A stretch of 64,000 nucleotides of DNA from the NCBI GenBank assembly GCA_012295275.1, contig CM022678.1:13020001-13084000 (forward strand), read 5' to 3'. Below, in pieces: positions 13,741-30,465 of this stretch; the first letter of the stretch is position 1, and each line of letters opens with the position of its first letter. The notes under the pieces were generated by a model. The model did no database searches and was not told the DNA's origin. It saw only the letters and a program-made list of their open reading frames with translations. Source of the stretch: Chrysomallon squamiferum (taxonomy: Eukaryota; Animalia; Mollusca). The position numbers and the translations under genes are program-made.

Positions 13741-14259
13741 AGGAACGAGAATATATCAGTTAAGTAATTGTGTGTAATTAAAATAAAATAATTATTTTTC
13801 ATCTCTTTGTTGTGAATGATCTGTTTAAAATTTATGTTCATTTATCTAAAATATCTTTGTGTGTATGTATGTACTATCCAAATAGAGAATCAACCCAAGA
13901 AATGAACCACTTAAATTGTTAATTACCTTAAAAATTAAAAAATAAGAAACAAAAATAACAAATATAAATAAATAAATAAAGTAATTAAAAACGATAGAAG
14001 AAACGAATAAGAATTTACTTTTTCTAAATTCGTTCTTTGAAAGGATCAAAAGGAGAGATAAAAGAATAAATAAATAATAATTAAAAAAACCCACACAATT
14101 CTTTAACTGAATTTAAAATTTATTCTATATGCGTATCGTTACTATGTTTACAAATCAGCTTTGCTTACCAAGAGTCTGTTTGTGGCGAAATAAGCGTACA
14201 GCTGTTGTGATATTTTATTTTTTTTTTTTAACAGAAATAACACTGTTCAGATCTGTACT

Positions 14260-14980
14260 CTGTTGTGTGTGTGTACAGCTGTTGTGATATTTTATTTTCT
14301 GTCTCTGTGTGTTTTTTTAACAGTGTGTGTCTGTGTTTATTCTGTGTGTGTTTATACTGTGTGTGTCTGTGTGTGAGTCTGTGTGTGTGTGTCTGTGTTC
14401 AGATCTGTCTGTCTGTGTGTGTGTGTCTGTCTGTTGTGTGTGTGTCTGTCTGTGTGTTTGTGTGTGTCTGTATGTGTTGAGTCTGTGTGTGTGTCTGTTT
14501 GTGTGTGTGTGTGTGTCTGTTTGTTTGTGTGTGTGTCTGTCTGTGTGTGTGTCTGTGTGTGTGTCTGTCTGTGTGTCTGTCTGTGTGTGTGAGTCTGTCT
14601 ACTACTACTCTTCTGTTTCCTCTGTTACCATTATTAATGTGGTTTTTTCTGAACTTACTGCTAGTAATACTGTTACCACTAGATCTACCACTAAAACTAT
14701 TAATATTGTAATTTTACTGCTACTACTTACTAGTATATTTACTAATACATACAGTTTGTTATTTACTAATTCATATCTCAATATACATAATTTTCCTGTT
14801 ATACTACTAGTATTACTATCATACTAATGCGTATAATAATAATAATAATAATAATAATAACGCCGTAATTATTATTATTATTATAATTATATATTTGATA
14901 CAAATACATCTATCTAACTATCTATCTGTCTATCTGTCTATCTGTCTATCTGTCTATCTATCTATCTATCTATCTATCTG

Positions 14981-15063
<83 letters not shown>

Positions 15064-15070
15064 CTATATC
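14260..15070. repeat. Compound microsatellites: (TG/TCTG)n, (AAT)n, (TATC)n
   Basis: Directly visible simple repeats. Confidence 0.9.
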
Positions 15071-16025
15071 TATGTATATACACACGTGTTTAAAAGTCTA
15101 TAAACAATATATCACTACTCGGTATACAAATAACTAAGTGATTTGGCCTTCAGTTATTTTATATGCTGCTAAACGTGTCTGTGTTGGAAGTGTTAATTGG
15201 TGGAGATCTATTGAAGATTTTTGAATAGTGTTTACACTGGGGTCAGTTAATAAAGTGAGCGACAGTCTTACAGACACTGGAATCAGCGAGGAGAAGTAAT
15301 TCATGACTGTATAATATATGTATATGTATATATATGTGTGTATATATTTACAGGTGTGAAACTGCAGGACTGTTGTGACTTGGGAAATAGCGCGATATAA
15401 AACACACACCCACTCAGACAAAACACTTATTTATTATAAATACCTTAACTTTTAGTGGGGTTTTATGTTTTCTTTCTTTTCTCTTTTTCACTTTCGTTCT
15501 TTCCCCTCTTTTCCTTCAATCTCTTTCTTTTCTTTCTTTCTTTTGTTTTTGTTTTGACTTTCTCTTTTCTTTCATTCTTTATTTTTTAAATTTAAAAAAA
15601 TATATATATATATTATTTCGTAATTTTATTTGGTGTTTTGTGTTGTATGTATATGTGTATAAGTGTGTATGTCTATTTGTTTGTGTGCGTGTGTATGTGT
15701 TGGTATGTGTGTTTATGGGTATATGTATATATGTATATGTATGTGTGTATGTATGTTGTGTATGTGTGTTTGTCTGTTTAGGTGTGTATAAACGAAAATC
15801 TTACAAATCAGACACAGTGTGTTTTGTTTTTTAACAGTTTTACATCACCTGTCAAGTTTCGTCTTCTTCTAGTAAATATTTTTACTTGACAAATTAATTA
15901 ATAAACAATAACACAACCTACTTGAGCCTTACTGTAAACGTACTTTATTATTATTGTTGTTGTTGTTGTTATTGTTTATTTTTATAAAGTACTTATTGAT
16001 ATTATCATTATTGTTATTGTTATTA

Positions 16026-16081
<56 letters not shown>

Positions 16082-16718
16082 AGTAGTAGTAGTATATTAT
16101 CATATCCTATTGTTATTACAATTTCAAATATATTTTATTTATAAATAGACAGATATAAAAATTAATTAATGCAGTAATTCAGTAAAAATATTTATTATAC
16201 TGATTATGATTATTATTGTCATTGTTATTGTTATTATTATTATTATTATTACTATTTTATTATCGGGGTTGTTATTGCTGTTGTTGTTGTTAATATTAAA
16301 CTAACAGGAACTATTTGGGGTCGCTGGTATTATTCTCTAATTTAGCCTGCTCGCTCTGATCTAAGGATTTATCGCATACTTACACTGAATTGCGTAACAA
16401 CACTATCTGATAGCACAAGTCACGAGGGTCTATGATTAAGGGAGGATCTAATATTACTAAGGGTTGGATGAAATATACACTTACTTCTCTTTACCTTCTG
16501 TATTTAAATATAAATAATATTTTGTGTTATTTGTACAGAATGATGTACTCAGACAGACAAACAGACGGAAGAAGTCTATAGACAGAAAAAAGACTGACAG
16601 ACAGATAGGTTGAGTGATAAACAAGAGAGACAAAAACAATCAAAGAGAAGATACCCAGAGAAAAAATACACATAGATCGATAGATAGAAAACTCTATAAA
16701 CAAACTGAGCCAGAAAGA

Positions 16719-16767
<49 letters not shown>

Positions 16768-16845
16768 ACAGTATATGCGTGTAGTAATAGAAGGTTATAC
16801 AGACAGGGATAGGAATAAAGATATTTATTACAATATACAGATTGT

Positions 16846-16921
<76 letters not shown>

Positions 16922-17843
16922 TGTATATATAGTAAGTATTTAACATTTAGAATTTTGAAGGTTATGGATAGAGGCGTAGGTATAGACAGAGATATAGAAA
17001 AAATAATCTTGTGAAAACTCCCACCCCTGTAACATTAAAAGAACTGTTCCTGGAAGTGCTCTAATAATACATTAATTTGCTGGCAGAGTTGCTAATGTTC
17101 CGAAAGCCGTCAGTGTTGATCAATACGCGACTATTGTGCCGGTCAAAGCCCCCAGCCACCAAACACTGATCTCAGCACTGAATTAATCGCATTAATGTCT
17201 GATTACAGCTATTCACAGAGCGGCTGATGTGAAACGTTCGGTAGTTAGGATGTATTGTGTTTTCAACGTTTGCAATTAAGTTTAATTGGCAGGATATCAA
17301 GTGAGCACGTTATTGACAAAGATTTATCTTTATTATTAGAATTACCGTTGTTGACGTTTTTTTTTTTGTTTAGAGTTACCGTTCTTGCTCATTGATTGTT
17401 TAGATTTTTTGTTGCCGAAGAGTTTAATTATTTTGTTTAAAGTAAATAAACAAAAGATTGTTGTGAATTAATGAGTTGGTTATCCGTGTCAACTTACAAT
17501 TAAATTGAAGTTGAAGTAAAATAATAATGTAGTAGTAAACATTTAATCAGAATCTAAAAACACGTCTGCTGAAGCGAATCGTTTCTGGTTAGATACCTGT
17601 AAATAGTGATACATGAATCACAAAAATACACAAACACTCGCGTGAAAACACACACACACAATGATGCACGTATAAACATATATTATAAATTATATAAAAA
17701 TAATGTAGAAACTTTGTTTATTTATGCAGCACGTGCATGCATAACATACACCCCCACATACACACATCTAAACATTCGTTCATGCAGATGAACTTCTAAA
17801 AACAGATTTATACTATTCTACTCCCTTCCAAAACACACACACA

Positions 17844-17922
<79 letters not shown>

Positions 17923-18863
17923 TATAATAATATTTTACCTAGAGACATACATACTTATATACATATTATACAAATATAAATAAACAAATATAATAAATAA
18001 AAAATATAGTAAATATAATAATATAATTTATAATAATAATATAAAATAAATAAAACCACACACACACATATATAAAATATATACACACTTATACTAGATA
18101 TACAGCGAGAGACACACATACTGAGAAACTGATTACACAAACACATACACACGTAACATAAACTTATAAATAGAAACAGATTATTTTAATTAATTTGACA
18201 GCTAATGAACGACGGAAGAAACATTTTTATGAAAAGTTTGGAAGAAGACGTTGCACGACGTGACGCTGCTGAGCCTCAGTTTGAGTGTCTCTTCACTGCT
18301 TCCACACTTCGTTTCTATTTTTATTTATTTACTTTTTGAATTATATAAATATTATGTGACCCTGTTCTTCCACTGTACGAGTCAAATGTAATTTGTAACG
18401 TCATTGAGTAAAAACATCATAAAGAAAAAAAGAAAATAAGCGAGCTACGAGATTACGGAATTTCAGTCAGTGCAGTGATAAGAAACTGAAAGTTATCACA
18501 AATACCCGGATTACATGTTGACCTAGGTCACCAGACATGTTCATTTCAATGGGTTTATCTATAAACCTGCTTTTTATATTCATTGATAGTAAACGAATTA
18601 AACAGAATGCAGCTACTATTTTTGGACGAGCTGTTTTTTAAAAAGTCATTTAAAAAGTAAAATAAAATGTTATTGCGTTTCCTTTGGTTGATGTTTAGAT
18701 ACGATTTGAAACTGAATGAAATTATCATCAGATAAATTTAGAAGAAACAGGGGAAAAGATAAGCAAATAAAAAAAAATAAAAAAATAAATCAATTATTAT
18801 AATAATAAAATTAAAATAAAATAACATAAAATAAATAATAATAATAATAACAATAACAATAAC

Positions 18864-18934
<71 letters not shown>

Positions 18935-19929
18935 TAAGAAGAAGAAGAAGAAGAAAAAAGAAATAGAAAAAAGAAGTAACAAAATAAGGAAAAGGTATAT
19001 GAAAAATATTAGTAAATATTTAGTTAAAATTTTTTTAATCATAATCTGAGTGTTATTACATAACTTATTAGCATCCGACAGTGGCGTATATTTATTTTGT
19101 AAACACGCACGCGCACAATAAATATATTTAAATATAGAAAAACAAATAATAACACGTCCCATTTCGAACTGTAAAAATATTCTCGTGAATTTAGTAAGCA
19201 CAGTTTTGATTTTTGTTCTAAATAAAAATATTTATTGCTCATGAAATCTCAGTCAATAAATATGTAAATAACTAAATAAATAAATGAAAGAATAAAAAAA
19301 ATGACTAAATGAATAAATGAATGAATGAATAAATAAATAAATAAACAATATATAAACAGATAGACAGATAGCCAACTAAAAAAAAAAAAAATAGATAAAC
19401 AAACAAACAAACAGTATAAATATATAAATGAACTAATAAAACAAACACTTTCAAAAAGAACAATTAAAAACATTTGCTGTACAAAATTTAGCCAAGTGGC
19501 AGACTTAATCTAGCTGACACTTGCCAATTTGTAGTTTGATAATCCGGGGATAATCTCATTAATTCCCACCAATAACTCACCCACCTGTAAAAACCTGATT
19601 TGTTGTGAAGTAAATTATACAGTTTCTTTCTGTTTGTTAATGAGATATATTTTCTTAGTAAATTAATTAGTGTTACTAACAACTGTTGTTGTCCCCAATT
19701 AAAGCGCTGTTTAGCAAAGAATAATAGTAATAATTAATTACTTAATTAGTGACATTAATTATTAACATTCACTGCCATTGCCATAGTTACGAGCTTGATA
19801 ATCCGTTTAATCTGAATTAAATTAATCTTAATTGTTTATCGATTTCAAAGCGAATTTTTTTTTAGTTAATTAAAGTTTGATAATTAACTCAGTGGACAAC
19901 GCACTCTGATTATATTTGTAATAAACACA

Positions 19930-21697
<1,768 letters not shown>

Positions 21698-22063
21698 CAA
21701 AGAAAGAGAAATCAAAGAAAGAAACAGAATAAAACAGTGATGACGTCGAGATAACGAAGAAGAAGAAAGAAGAGACTGTGAAACAGAAAACTAAACTGAA
21801 TAGTTCGGTGTTTATTATTAGAACTCATGGAGATACCCTTGTATGTGTTTCTCTTTTTATTTACTTACTTATTACCTATTTATTTAATATCACAGAAGTT
21901 ATATTATAATTATGATTTTTAATAGATTTATTATTATCATTATTATTGTTGTTGTTGTTGTTGTTATTGTCGTTGCACTGTTTTTGTTGTTTTGTCAAGA
22001 CAAATGGGTGATTCAGGCTGAGTAGTTACCTCTGTCTTTGCTTCTGCCCCCCCCTCTCTTTCC

Positions 22064-22099
<36 letters not shown>

Positions 22100-24009
22100 T
22101 ATTTCATCTCGTACTTGTGCAGGCAGATACACATTGATATTGACTGTACACGCTATATAAAAAAAACCCTGCACGTTGAAACATGCAAACATACGATTAA
22201 AGGACAATAATCCTCATCTGGAAATAAAAAAAGAAGAAAAACGTACACATAAACACTATTATGAGCTGACCTGTTGTTCTTTGTGACCCGTGACGGTATT
22301 TTCCCAGCTCACGGAGGACCCTGAAATCGGGATCAGATATCTTACTGTTTGTTATTCAAAGTCACGCAAAACTAAATGACATACAAGCAAAGTTGTCAAA
22401 CACGCACACAAAAGCAAAACGAAAAGCAAAGGGCTCGAAATTGAAAAACATCATTTCTCTGACGTCATAGTTCCACGAGGGGTGATGGAATCTAGGGAGG
22501 GTATATGTGGAAAGTCAAAGGCCTTGTAAGTTGTAATGAATACTACTGCAAAGGGAGAAACCCTTTCATATACCCTGAAATCTACTACAAATAGATTCAT
22601 AATCAATTTACCCTTTGAAATTTCGTCCACAAAATTGCTATTCAGTGTGTGTGTCCTTGTGTGTGTGTGCGTGTATTTGATTTCTTTTATTTTCTTCGCT
22701 TAAATAAATATAAATTTAAAAAAGGATATTGTGTTGAAGAACTATATATTTTTTTTATGTTTTTCTCCTTCATTTAATTAATAGACTTTTATGTTAATGA
22801 AACAAAGTACACACAAAAATAAACAAAACTAAAACACACGTCAAACAACACAAAATTTATTCACCACAGCAAAGAAACATTTAAAAATTCTTCTACTTTA
22901 TTTAATTTTAATTATAAATATACTGAGTTTGACTGATAAATAAATAAATTTTCAAATAAAAAAAAAAAAATGAAGAGTAAATAACGAGATAAACAATGAA
23001 GTTAAAAGAAATAAAAGATATAACAAAAAAGTAACGTAAATAATTATAAAAAATACTTTTTAAATTATAAGCAGTTACCAAATTTCAATTCTTATTTACT
23101 GTATTTACCAAATTTCATGTGATTAATAATATTTTTATTACCGTAATAATAATAATGATACCTAAGAAATCTTTCCAAAGCAAAAATATAAAAGATCTAT
23201 GAAAAGAAAAAAGAAAAAGAAAACCCACAAAAAACCGACCAAACACCTGCACACACCGCAAAGAAGCGATGCCTACCTTACTCCACCTGCCAGCTACTAT
23301 TATCCGTGAATCCATTTTATTAAATATTAAACAGTTCAAACGAACACGGCTATCAATGTTCCGTCCGCGTTTTAGACTTTATCTTCGTAAACCGTGCAAC
23401 CCACCTCGATAGTCGATGCAGACCTAACGGTTGTTGCTGTGGAAGTAACCGTCATGGATGCTGACGCAATGCCTGTTTATTTTGTGTAGTAAACAACGAC
23501 GTCTTTTCTTTCGAGGACGATATTGACATTTTCCCTTATCCCGGACGTTATTCTTTTCTGTTTCTGCTTTAGTAATCTCCGCATGTCATTTTTGACGCAT
23601 CACGGTAAAGATAAGTTTGAATGTCATACGTACGGGTAGCAGTCATGCTGCCTTGCTTTTACCATTGAAGAGATTTTTTTTTTTTCTTTCTTTTCTTTTT
23701 TTTTTCTATCTTGGCAGCGTGCCAAGCCTTGGTATCAAATCACAATGGCTTCCGAATGTTCCAGATATGGAGAAAGAGACGAGAAACGTTTTCTGCAAAC
23801 TTTGGTATTTTCTTTTCCACCTTGAATCACGTGCGTCAGCCATGATGTACTAAATTCCTTATAGTTCACCATTGTCGTAATATTAGTTTTCAACCAGGAA
23901 AAAAATAAAATAAAAAATAAAAATAATAATCTACTTCGCGAGCAGCAGACTTCTAACAATCCCCCGCAACAGAACTATCACTCTGCTAAGGAAACAAATT
24001 CCTGATCAG

Positions 24010-24170
24010 TGAGGGCGGGACTTGATTATTGTGGGGCGTGGCTATCGCTGCGATACCAGCACGTGGGTAAGATAAGACCTGCGCTGATGGGCGTGGCTTT
24101 GACAAGCTAATAGGAATGGGTAGCAATCGGCGAAGTATACAAATACCCGAGGTTTTTCTGAAGCAGTCTA
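24010..24170 (+). promoter_or_regulatory. Putative core/proximal promoter of the RBM24/38 gene
   Basis: Motifs seen: GGGCGG (24013), GGGGCGTGGC (24033), GGGCGTGGC (24089), E-box CACGTG (24060), AGATAA (24070) and MCAT/TEAD GGAATG (24113). A TATA-like TATACAAA (24136) lies about 29 bp before an Inr-like GCAGT (~24165). There is no ATG between ~24165 and the start codon. Confidence 0.62.
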
Positions 24171-24477
24171 GTGATAGATATAACACGATCACTCCAGTTT
24201 AGTGTTCTTTAATTCAACGTTACCTTCAGAGAGCTGGATTTTCAGTAGTATATCTGTATTTATTATTCATTCGTTCTTCTCGCCGTCTTTGTTGTTTATC
24301 CTTGCACTCGTACTGTCAGGTCTTTTTACTAGTGATTGAATCTTCGACAAGCCTTTCATTCCACGTTCAGGAGAAGGAAGAAAAAGTTGTATATCTACTG
24401 TAAAAAAAAGAAAGAAGATATATTTATATATATATATATATATATTTATTTGTAATATATTTATTTAAAAAATTACC

Positions 24478-24675
24478 ATGGCAACCACACCAGTTTCGAT
24501 CCAAAACGGAGGAATTTCGCAGAAGGATACGACGTTCACAAAGATTTTTGTTGGGGGTTTACCCTACCACACGACTGACCAGTCGCTGAGGGAGTACTTT
24601 GACAAGTTTGGTGACATCGAGGAGGCCGTCGTCATTACAGACAGACAGACAGGCAAGAGCAGAGGCTACGGCTTT
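24478..24675 (+). CDS. RBM24: RBM24/RBM38-family RRM protein, coding exon 1 (66 codons, phase-0 donor)
   Basis: The ATG is in good Kozak context (accATGg). The translation [39 protein letters not shown] contains RNP2 (IFVGGL) and most of RNP1 (RGYGF) and is near-identical to the RBM24/38/SUP-12 N-terminus. The donor TTT|GTAAGT follows at 24676. Confidence 0.97.
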
Positions 24676-26005
24676 GTAAGTACACGTTTTTAGTCTTTTT
24701 TAGCACTTTGTCGTGCTCTTCTAACTGGCCCAGCTTTCTTTATATTTAATACTTCTTCTTTTCTCTTCATAAATGTAATAATTCACTCTGTCCACTTACC
24801 CCCAGTGCTAACCCCGCCCTAACATGAGCTGTGGATCCTTACCTGATCCAGTCATAAACAAAACGGTTTATAATTAATGAAGTTACGGTGATTGTTAACG
24901 TTAGTTTTCTACATATTCTGTCAAGTGTTTGTTAACTGCGCCATGAGAGGGAGGACATGGGGGGAGGGCTGTGTATGGTGAACGGAATGATGGATGTAAG
25001 GAAACATGGGGAGATGTATAATTAAGCAATATTTTGCTTACTTTATTTTTTAAATAATACAGGAGAAAAATACGATCAGTCACATCTAAATTTTATTCAT
25101 ACCATCGTATCACTATTATGAAGATATCATTATTTTGCTGTTATTGATTCGATTACAAGCACAAATGAAGCATTCACACATATACACAAACTGTCGATAT
25201 TAAATTTCCATCATTTGTTTGCTTGACTGGTTTTTCCTCTTTTTTCTCTTTGCTTTCTTTTCTTTCCTTATTTTCAAATTCTATCTAATCATTTGTTCTT
25301 CTCTCTTTCCTTTTACATCCATCTCACATTGGTTTGTTTTATTCCTTTCATTATATTTTCTATTACTTGCTTTATTCAGTGCCTTTCTTTATTCTATTTT
25401 CTTCATTCCCTCCTTTTTACCGTTCTCATTCTTCCTTTCTTTCTTCGCTTCTTTTTATTAGACAGCCAGTTAATATATCTCCCTCCCGCTGCTAAATGCT
25501 TTCTAAAATTACAATGTCTATGACGTCATCGTATCCAGTGAATTCCAATTCTCGAGAAATAAACGGATCGCCTGCTTATTCGACTGGCGAGATTACAAGT
25601 AAACAGATCATTTTTAAATCACTGGTACAAGCTTTATAATATAAATTTAATTAAATACAAGTAATAGTAAATGTACAGTTCTGTGTTATGATGATTGTAC
25701 CGTATTCCCAGTCGTCTATATCAGAAATTCTCACATCGGGCGCTAGAGTTTATTTTGATGTGGTGAAAATAAAGTGGCCGCTATAAACGCGATATATTTA
25801 TAAATCTCTGATATCTTCACTACCCACACATTGTACTTCTCTGTGACCTGCATCAAATTTAACCCAGCGATGTCAACCTTGAAGATTGGGCGTTTAGAAA
25901 ACTATAATTATGTACTCATCTGAACGATTTACATATAGTAATTTTATACGTTCAATTCAAAATGTAAAGAAATTGTTACACAATTAGATAAAACAGTTAA
26001 TAACA

Positions 26006-26078
<73 letters not shown>

Positions 26079-28599
26079 TTAAATGTGATGTTATATATTA
26101 TGATCATACCCTAGCCATGGCTATTTTTAAAATCATTCAATGCTAATTTATAATTAAAACAAGCCTTTAATTAATGTATTTGCCCTTTTTTATGTTAAAA
26201 TTCCCCTTTATCTAAATCAAATCCATTATTATAATTGTATTAATTTAAAATACATTGATTTATAAACTAATTAGTTTTTACCATTCTAACATAGCCAGGT
26301 ATATCCCGTTCCACTCGTTATTCAAAGCAGTTCCACACAAATTTTTTTATCTTGTTTAATCTTGTGTGTTTTTACTTAACTGTTAATACATTTCTTCAGC
26401 TACCCGCGTATTGCAACCAGTTCTACAGATAAAAAGTGTTACTCTCCATAAACATTAGTTCTGTACTTCTACCCCGCCTTGTCAAGTACACCCCCTGCGT
26501 AGTTCACTGTAACGTGCTCTTCTGGGCTGTCCACTGCTAGAAAGTAATTTAGTTCTCTATTCATTAATGTGTTTTATGGTAATTACTGAGATCTCTTCAA
26601 AACCCCAAGAGAAAACACTTCAAATCTCTCTACCTTGATAAACCGTTATGCCCCAAATTCATTTATTCTTTTCTCTTTATACATAAGCAATTTTTGTTAA
26701 CTGACATATACTCTAACTCCACTCCAACAAAAAATATTTAGTATTCTACAATACTGCACATATAATTATGTTTCTTTCATATTCTAACCTCTAAAGTTCA
26801 GTAATTATACACACAAGACAGATTTGTTAAAAGTTCTGTGATAAAACTGTCCTCTTTTCTAAAAACTCTTACGATACAAAACAGTCCGTTCTGTTAATAT
26901 CACACTCTTCTACGTTATAACTAATATTTATTTTATTTCTATCATATATTACCAACACAGCTCAAATCAAAAAATATTCTGTACAATCTTCTATTATACC
27001 CTGTTCCCCACTACACTGTTATATTCCAAAGAATATTAAAAATTCATATAAAATAGCGTATCGTCTGTCCAATATTTATCCACTAGAAAAAAATATATTA
27101 CACGTATACCCTCTTCTACCCTCTTAATCTGTTACAATGCAAAATTGATTAATTATCTGTATAAACTATTTGTTAGAACATTTTGTTGTTTGTCTGTTGG
27201 CTCTTTATATCCGTTAATGAACAAGCAGCCTTATGTTATCAGAAATCTTTACACTCGGCGATTGATTAATTACTAGCAATTTCTTAGCAGCTGAGTCACG
27301 TCTGGCGCTCGCTGTAACACGGTGACACCAGCCGGCGCATTACACAACAGTTTTAGCTGTTTCGTTGTATTGACACACCCAGCCACCCTGAACGCTGCGC
27401 AGACTTCAATGTGAAACCGTTATACCCAGCATTTGTGTTAACGAAGACTCCTCATTCCCCAGCGGAAGGAAAACTCTGTCAGCCGTAAACACCAGACAAT
27501 CAATTAATTAGTACGTAGCTAGCGTGTGTCCATCCATCCGTAACCCTCGTTAACACATTCTTCAGCTTTGTCCCACGTAGATTACTTACTCAAACAACCT
27601 TTCGTTAGTTTCATGAACGATCTAGTTTTCAAATAAACTATAGCTTCCTTTTTCTTTCTTTCTTTTTTCCCCTACATACCTGCTTTAAATATTGCCTATT
27701 TGTTATACAGTTTTTAATTATAAACCTCATGTAATACAAACTAATTACATAACAAAATAACAACCTATTTTCAAATTTCGATTATTTCACTAGAATATAA
27801 GATATCGTTTAGATTGCTCACATAACTAGTATAAGTAGAATTGTCTTTGCCTAATGTTTTATTATTTTACTTACATAATAAGAACTTTCAGTCAAATAAC
27901 ACACAACCTAAATCAACATATTTTAAAACTGTTGACAAAAATTAAAGGTTTGCTAAATATTAAATTATTTTTTTTATTATTATTTTTTTTCCCCATAGAT
28001 AGATTTTCTTATTTGATAGAGAATTATGTCTCAAATAGCGAATAACCTAAATCAACAAATTCTAAAACAACAGTCTAATACTTCAGTTCAGCTTATGCCA
28101 GCAGAGATTTTACAAAACATTTTCGTGCTGTGTGTTGCACTGTTTTAGTGCAGATTTAAAAAGGTCACACAAAATTGCCTCATCTTACTTCGGTCAACTA
28201 AACGAATTTATCCTTCTCACCTACATCCTATCTTTTTAACCCAGAAAACCAGTACACCGCAAATCCTAAAATCTGCTTGAGTTAATTTACCTGATACCTT
28301 TAGAGATAATACCCCGTATTCCCCCCACCCGCGACCCCCTAGTCCCGGGTGTCACGTTCGCTGTGAAGTGATACCCTGCTGTACAGTGCAAGATCGTGTA
28401 GTTTTAAATAAATGTAAACCGAGTTTATTAATTCATTTAGATATATGTTTTATTACTACTCAGTGTTAGATTATATACTTGTTATTCTTTTTTAATATTT
28501 TATAGTTACAGAATTATAATTAAAATAACACACACAAACAACAACAACAACAAACAAACAAAAAAAAAAAAAAGCTGTTTATAAACTGATGTATTTTAT

Positions 28600-29075
28600 A
28601 TCTGCTTCCTTTTAACTAGTGTCGATATAAGGTGCTATTTTCTTAAAACTTAATGTAGATATATGTTTTGTATTATACTTAATGTATCCATAAAATATAT
28701 TTTTGAAAATACTAAACGAAATAAGGCGTAATTTTTTAATATTTAATGTAGGTATATAAGGGGTCTTTTTTATTTTTTAAACTATTAATATAGATATACT
28801 ATTCTTTTATTGTTCTTTTTAGTATACTTAATGCAGATCGATATATAAACATGTTATTTTTTGTAACGTACTTAAAGCAGATATATAACGTTTTTAAAAA
28901 TACTTAACATAGATCTGTATATAATGTTTTATTTAATACTTAACAGATAACACGTTTTTTTAAATACATAAACCTGTTTTTATGTTGTTGTGTTTTTTAA
29001 ATATGTAACGTGTAATTTTTTAATACTTAAGGTGGATTTATAAGGTGTTGTATTTCGAGCACTAATATAGATACA
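28600..29075. repeat. Eroded tandem repeat in intron 1 (core tacttaatgtagatatata)
   Basis: About 10 degenerate recurrences, e.g. near 28647, 28741, 28825, 28869, 28901, 28937 and 29024. Confidence 0.6.
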
Positions 29076-30465
29076 ACGCGACTTGTTTAGTAAGTGAAGA
29101 GCGCTGTCACTCCGTGTTGACTGACTCCAAAGCGTAAAGGCAGAGAAAGACAAGTTTTTGTACAACTGAATCGTCGCGCAGGTCGGCGTGTGTATTATAA
29201 CACCGTACTCATCGATTGATCTGCAATAAAACTCAAGCTTCAGCGATTTTGTGGCAGGCTTTCATAAATATGTAAAACAGTGGGACACACAAGAGTTTGT
29301 ACATGGACGAAAATTGGGACAAAAACTGGGTGTACCCGCTTTGTAAATTGGGACCTGTCAGAATTAGCTAGGGACAGTCGGTGTGCGGACGTGAACAGGG
29401 ACAGAAACGTACACTAGTTGTAAACTGGGATTGTTTTTGCTACAAGATGAGGTGTAAGCTGGGACAGCAATGGTTACCGCTATAACCCGGGTATATCCCG
29501 GCTTGCACTCTGGGTCACACTAAAGTCACTGATGTCTGAAACCGGACGTACCCGGCTTTGAAACTGGGTCAGCCTGTTTGTCGGATAACGGGCTCGCTGT
29601 GCAAAGAAACGTCGAGTTGCGTGCATCTCTCGTCGTGTGATAACAATCTACACTTCACGCTTCAGTCGCTGGAAGACGTTTTTCTTCTTCTTTTTTCCCT
29701 CGGTTTTAATTCAGTGTAGCAGCCACGCAGCAATCTGACACAGACGCCGAGCACTGCAGAGAGAAAACGCGTTAGAAGTCACGACTCGTGTGAAGCAGAA
29801 CTGAACGTTTTTGTCTCGGGTGGAGAGGTTTGTGTTCTTCGTGAATACCGAGAGAAGTGTGAAACATCCAAACAAATGTCCAACAGAAAATAGGTAAAAA
29901 TAAAAATGTTCTTAGGGAGTGGCGAAAGTGGGTGAAGAAACAGAATGCAACAGGGGAAGAGAAAGAAGAAAAAAAAAAAAAAAAAAAAAAAGAAATGGAA
30001 TAATTTGAAAAATAAAAAAGACGTCTGCAAAATCCATTGAAGCAGAAATTAGGTCCAGCGCTAATGTAGAGAGCGTTAATGGGAACTGCTAAGGGAAATA
30101 ATGTGAAAATATAACAGAACATGAACTTCTGCAACAAATTTCTAAGTTTTAACTACCAAGTAATATCCCATGAATGTTTGTGTGTGTTTGTATATGAAAG
30201 CATTTGCATGTGCGTGGATAAGTGGCAGAACACGAGAATATGGGTGAGGAAAGAATGAATTTAAAACTCTTCGGTTTAAACCACACAGCGAGCAGTTTCT
30301 CTCACTCTTTTCAGAACGTGGCGTTTTTGTAACGTCTTGAATTTGTGAAGTCCCGTATTAAAACAAAGCGTGACGTATGTTTCATCGTCTTCTCTCAGGA
30401 CAGACCTGTCAGTCACCTTCCTCAACGTGTTGTTAGTCTTACACGTGCGAGTTGCGTCCACGGAT

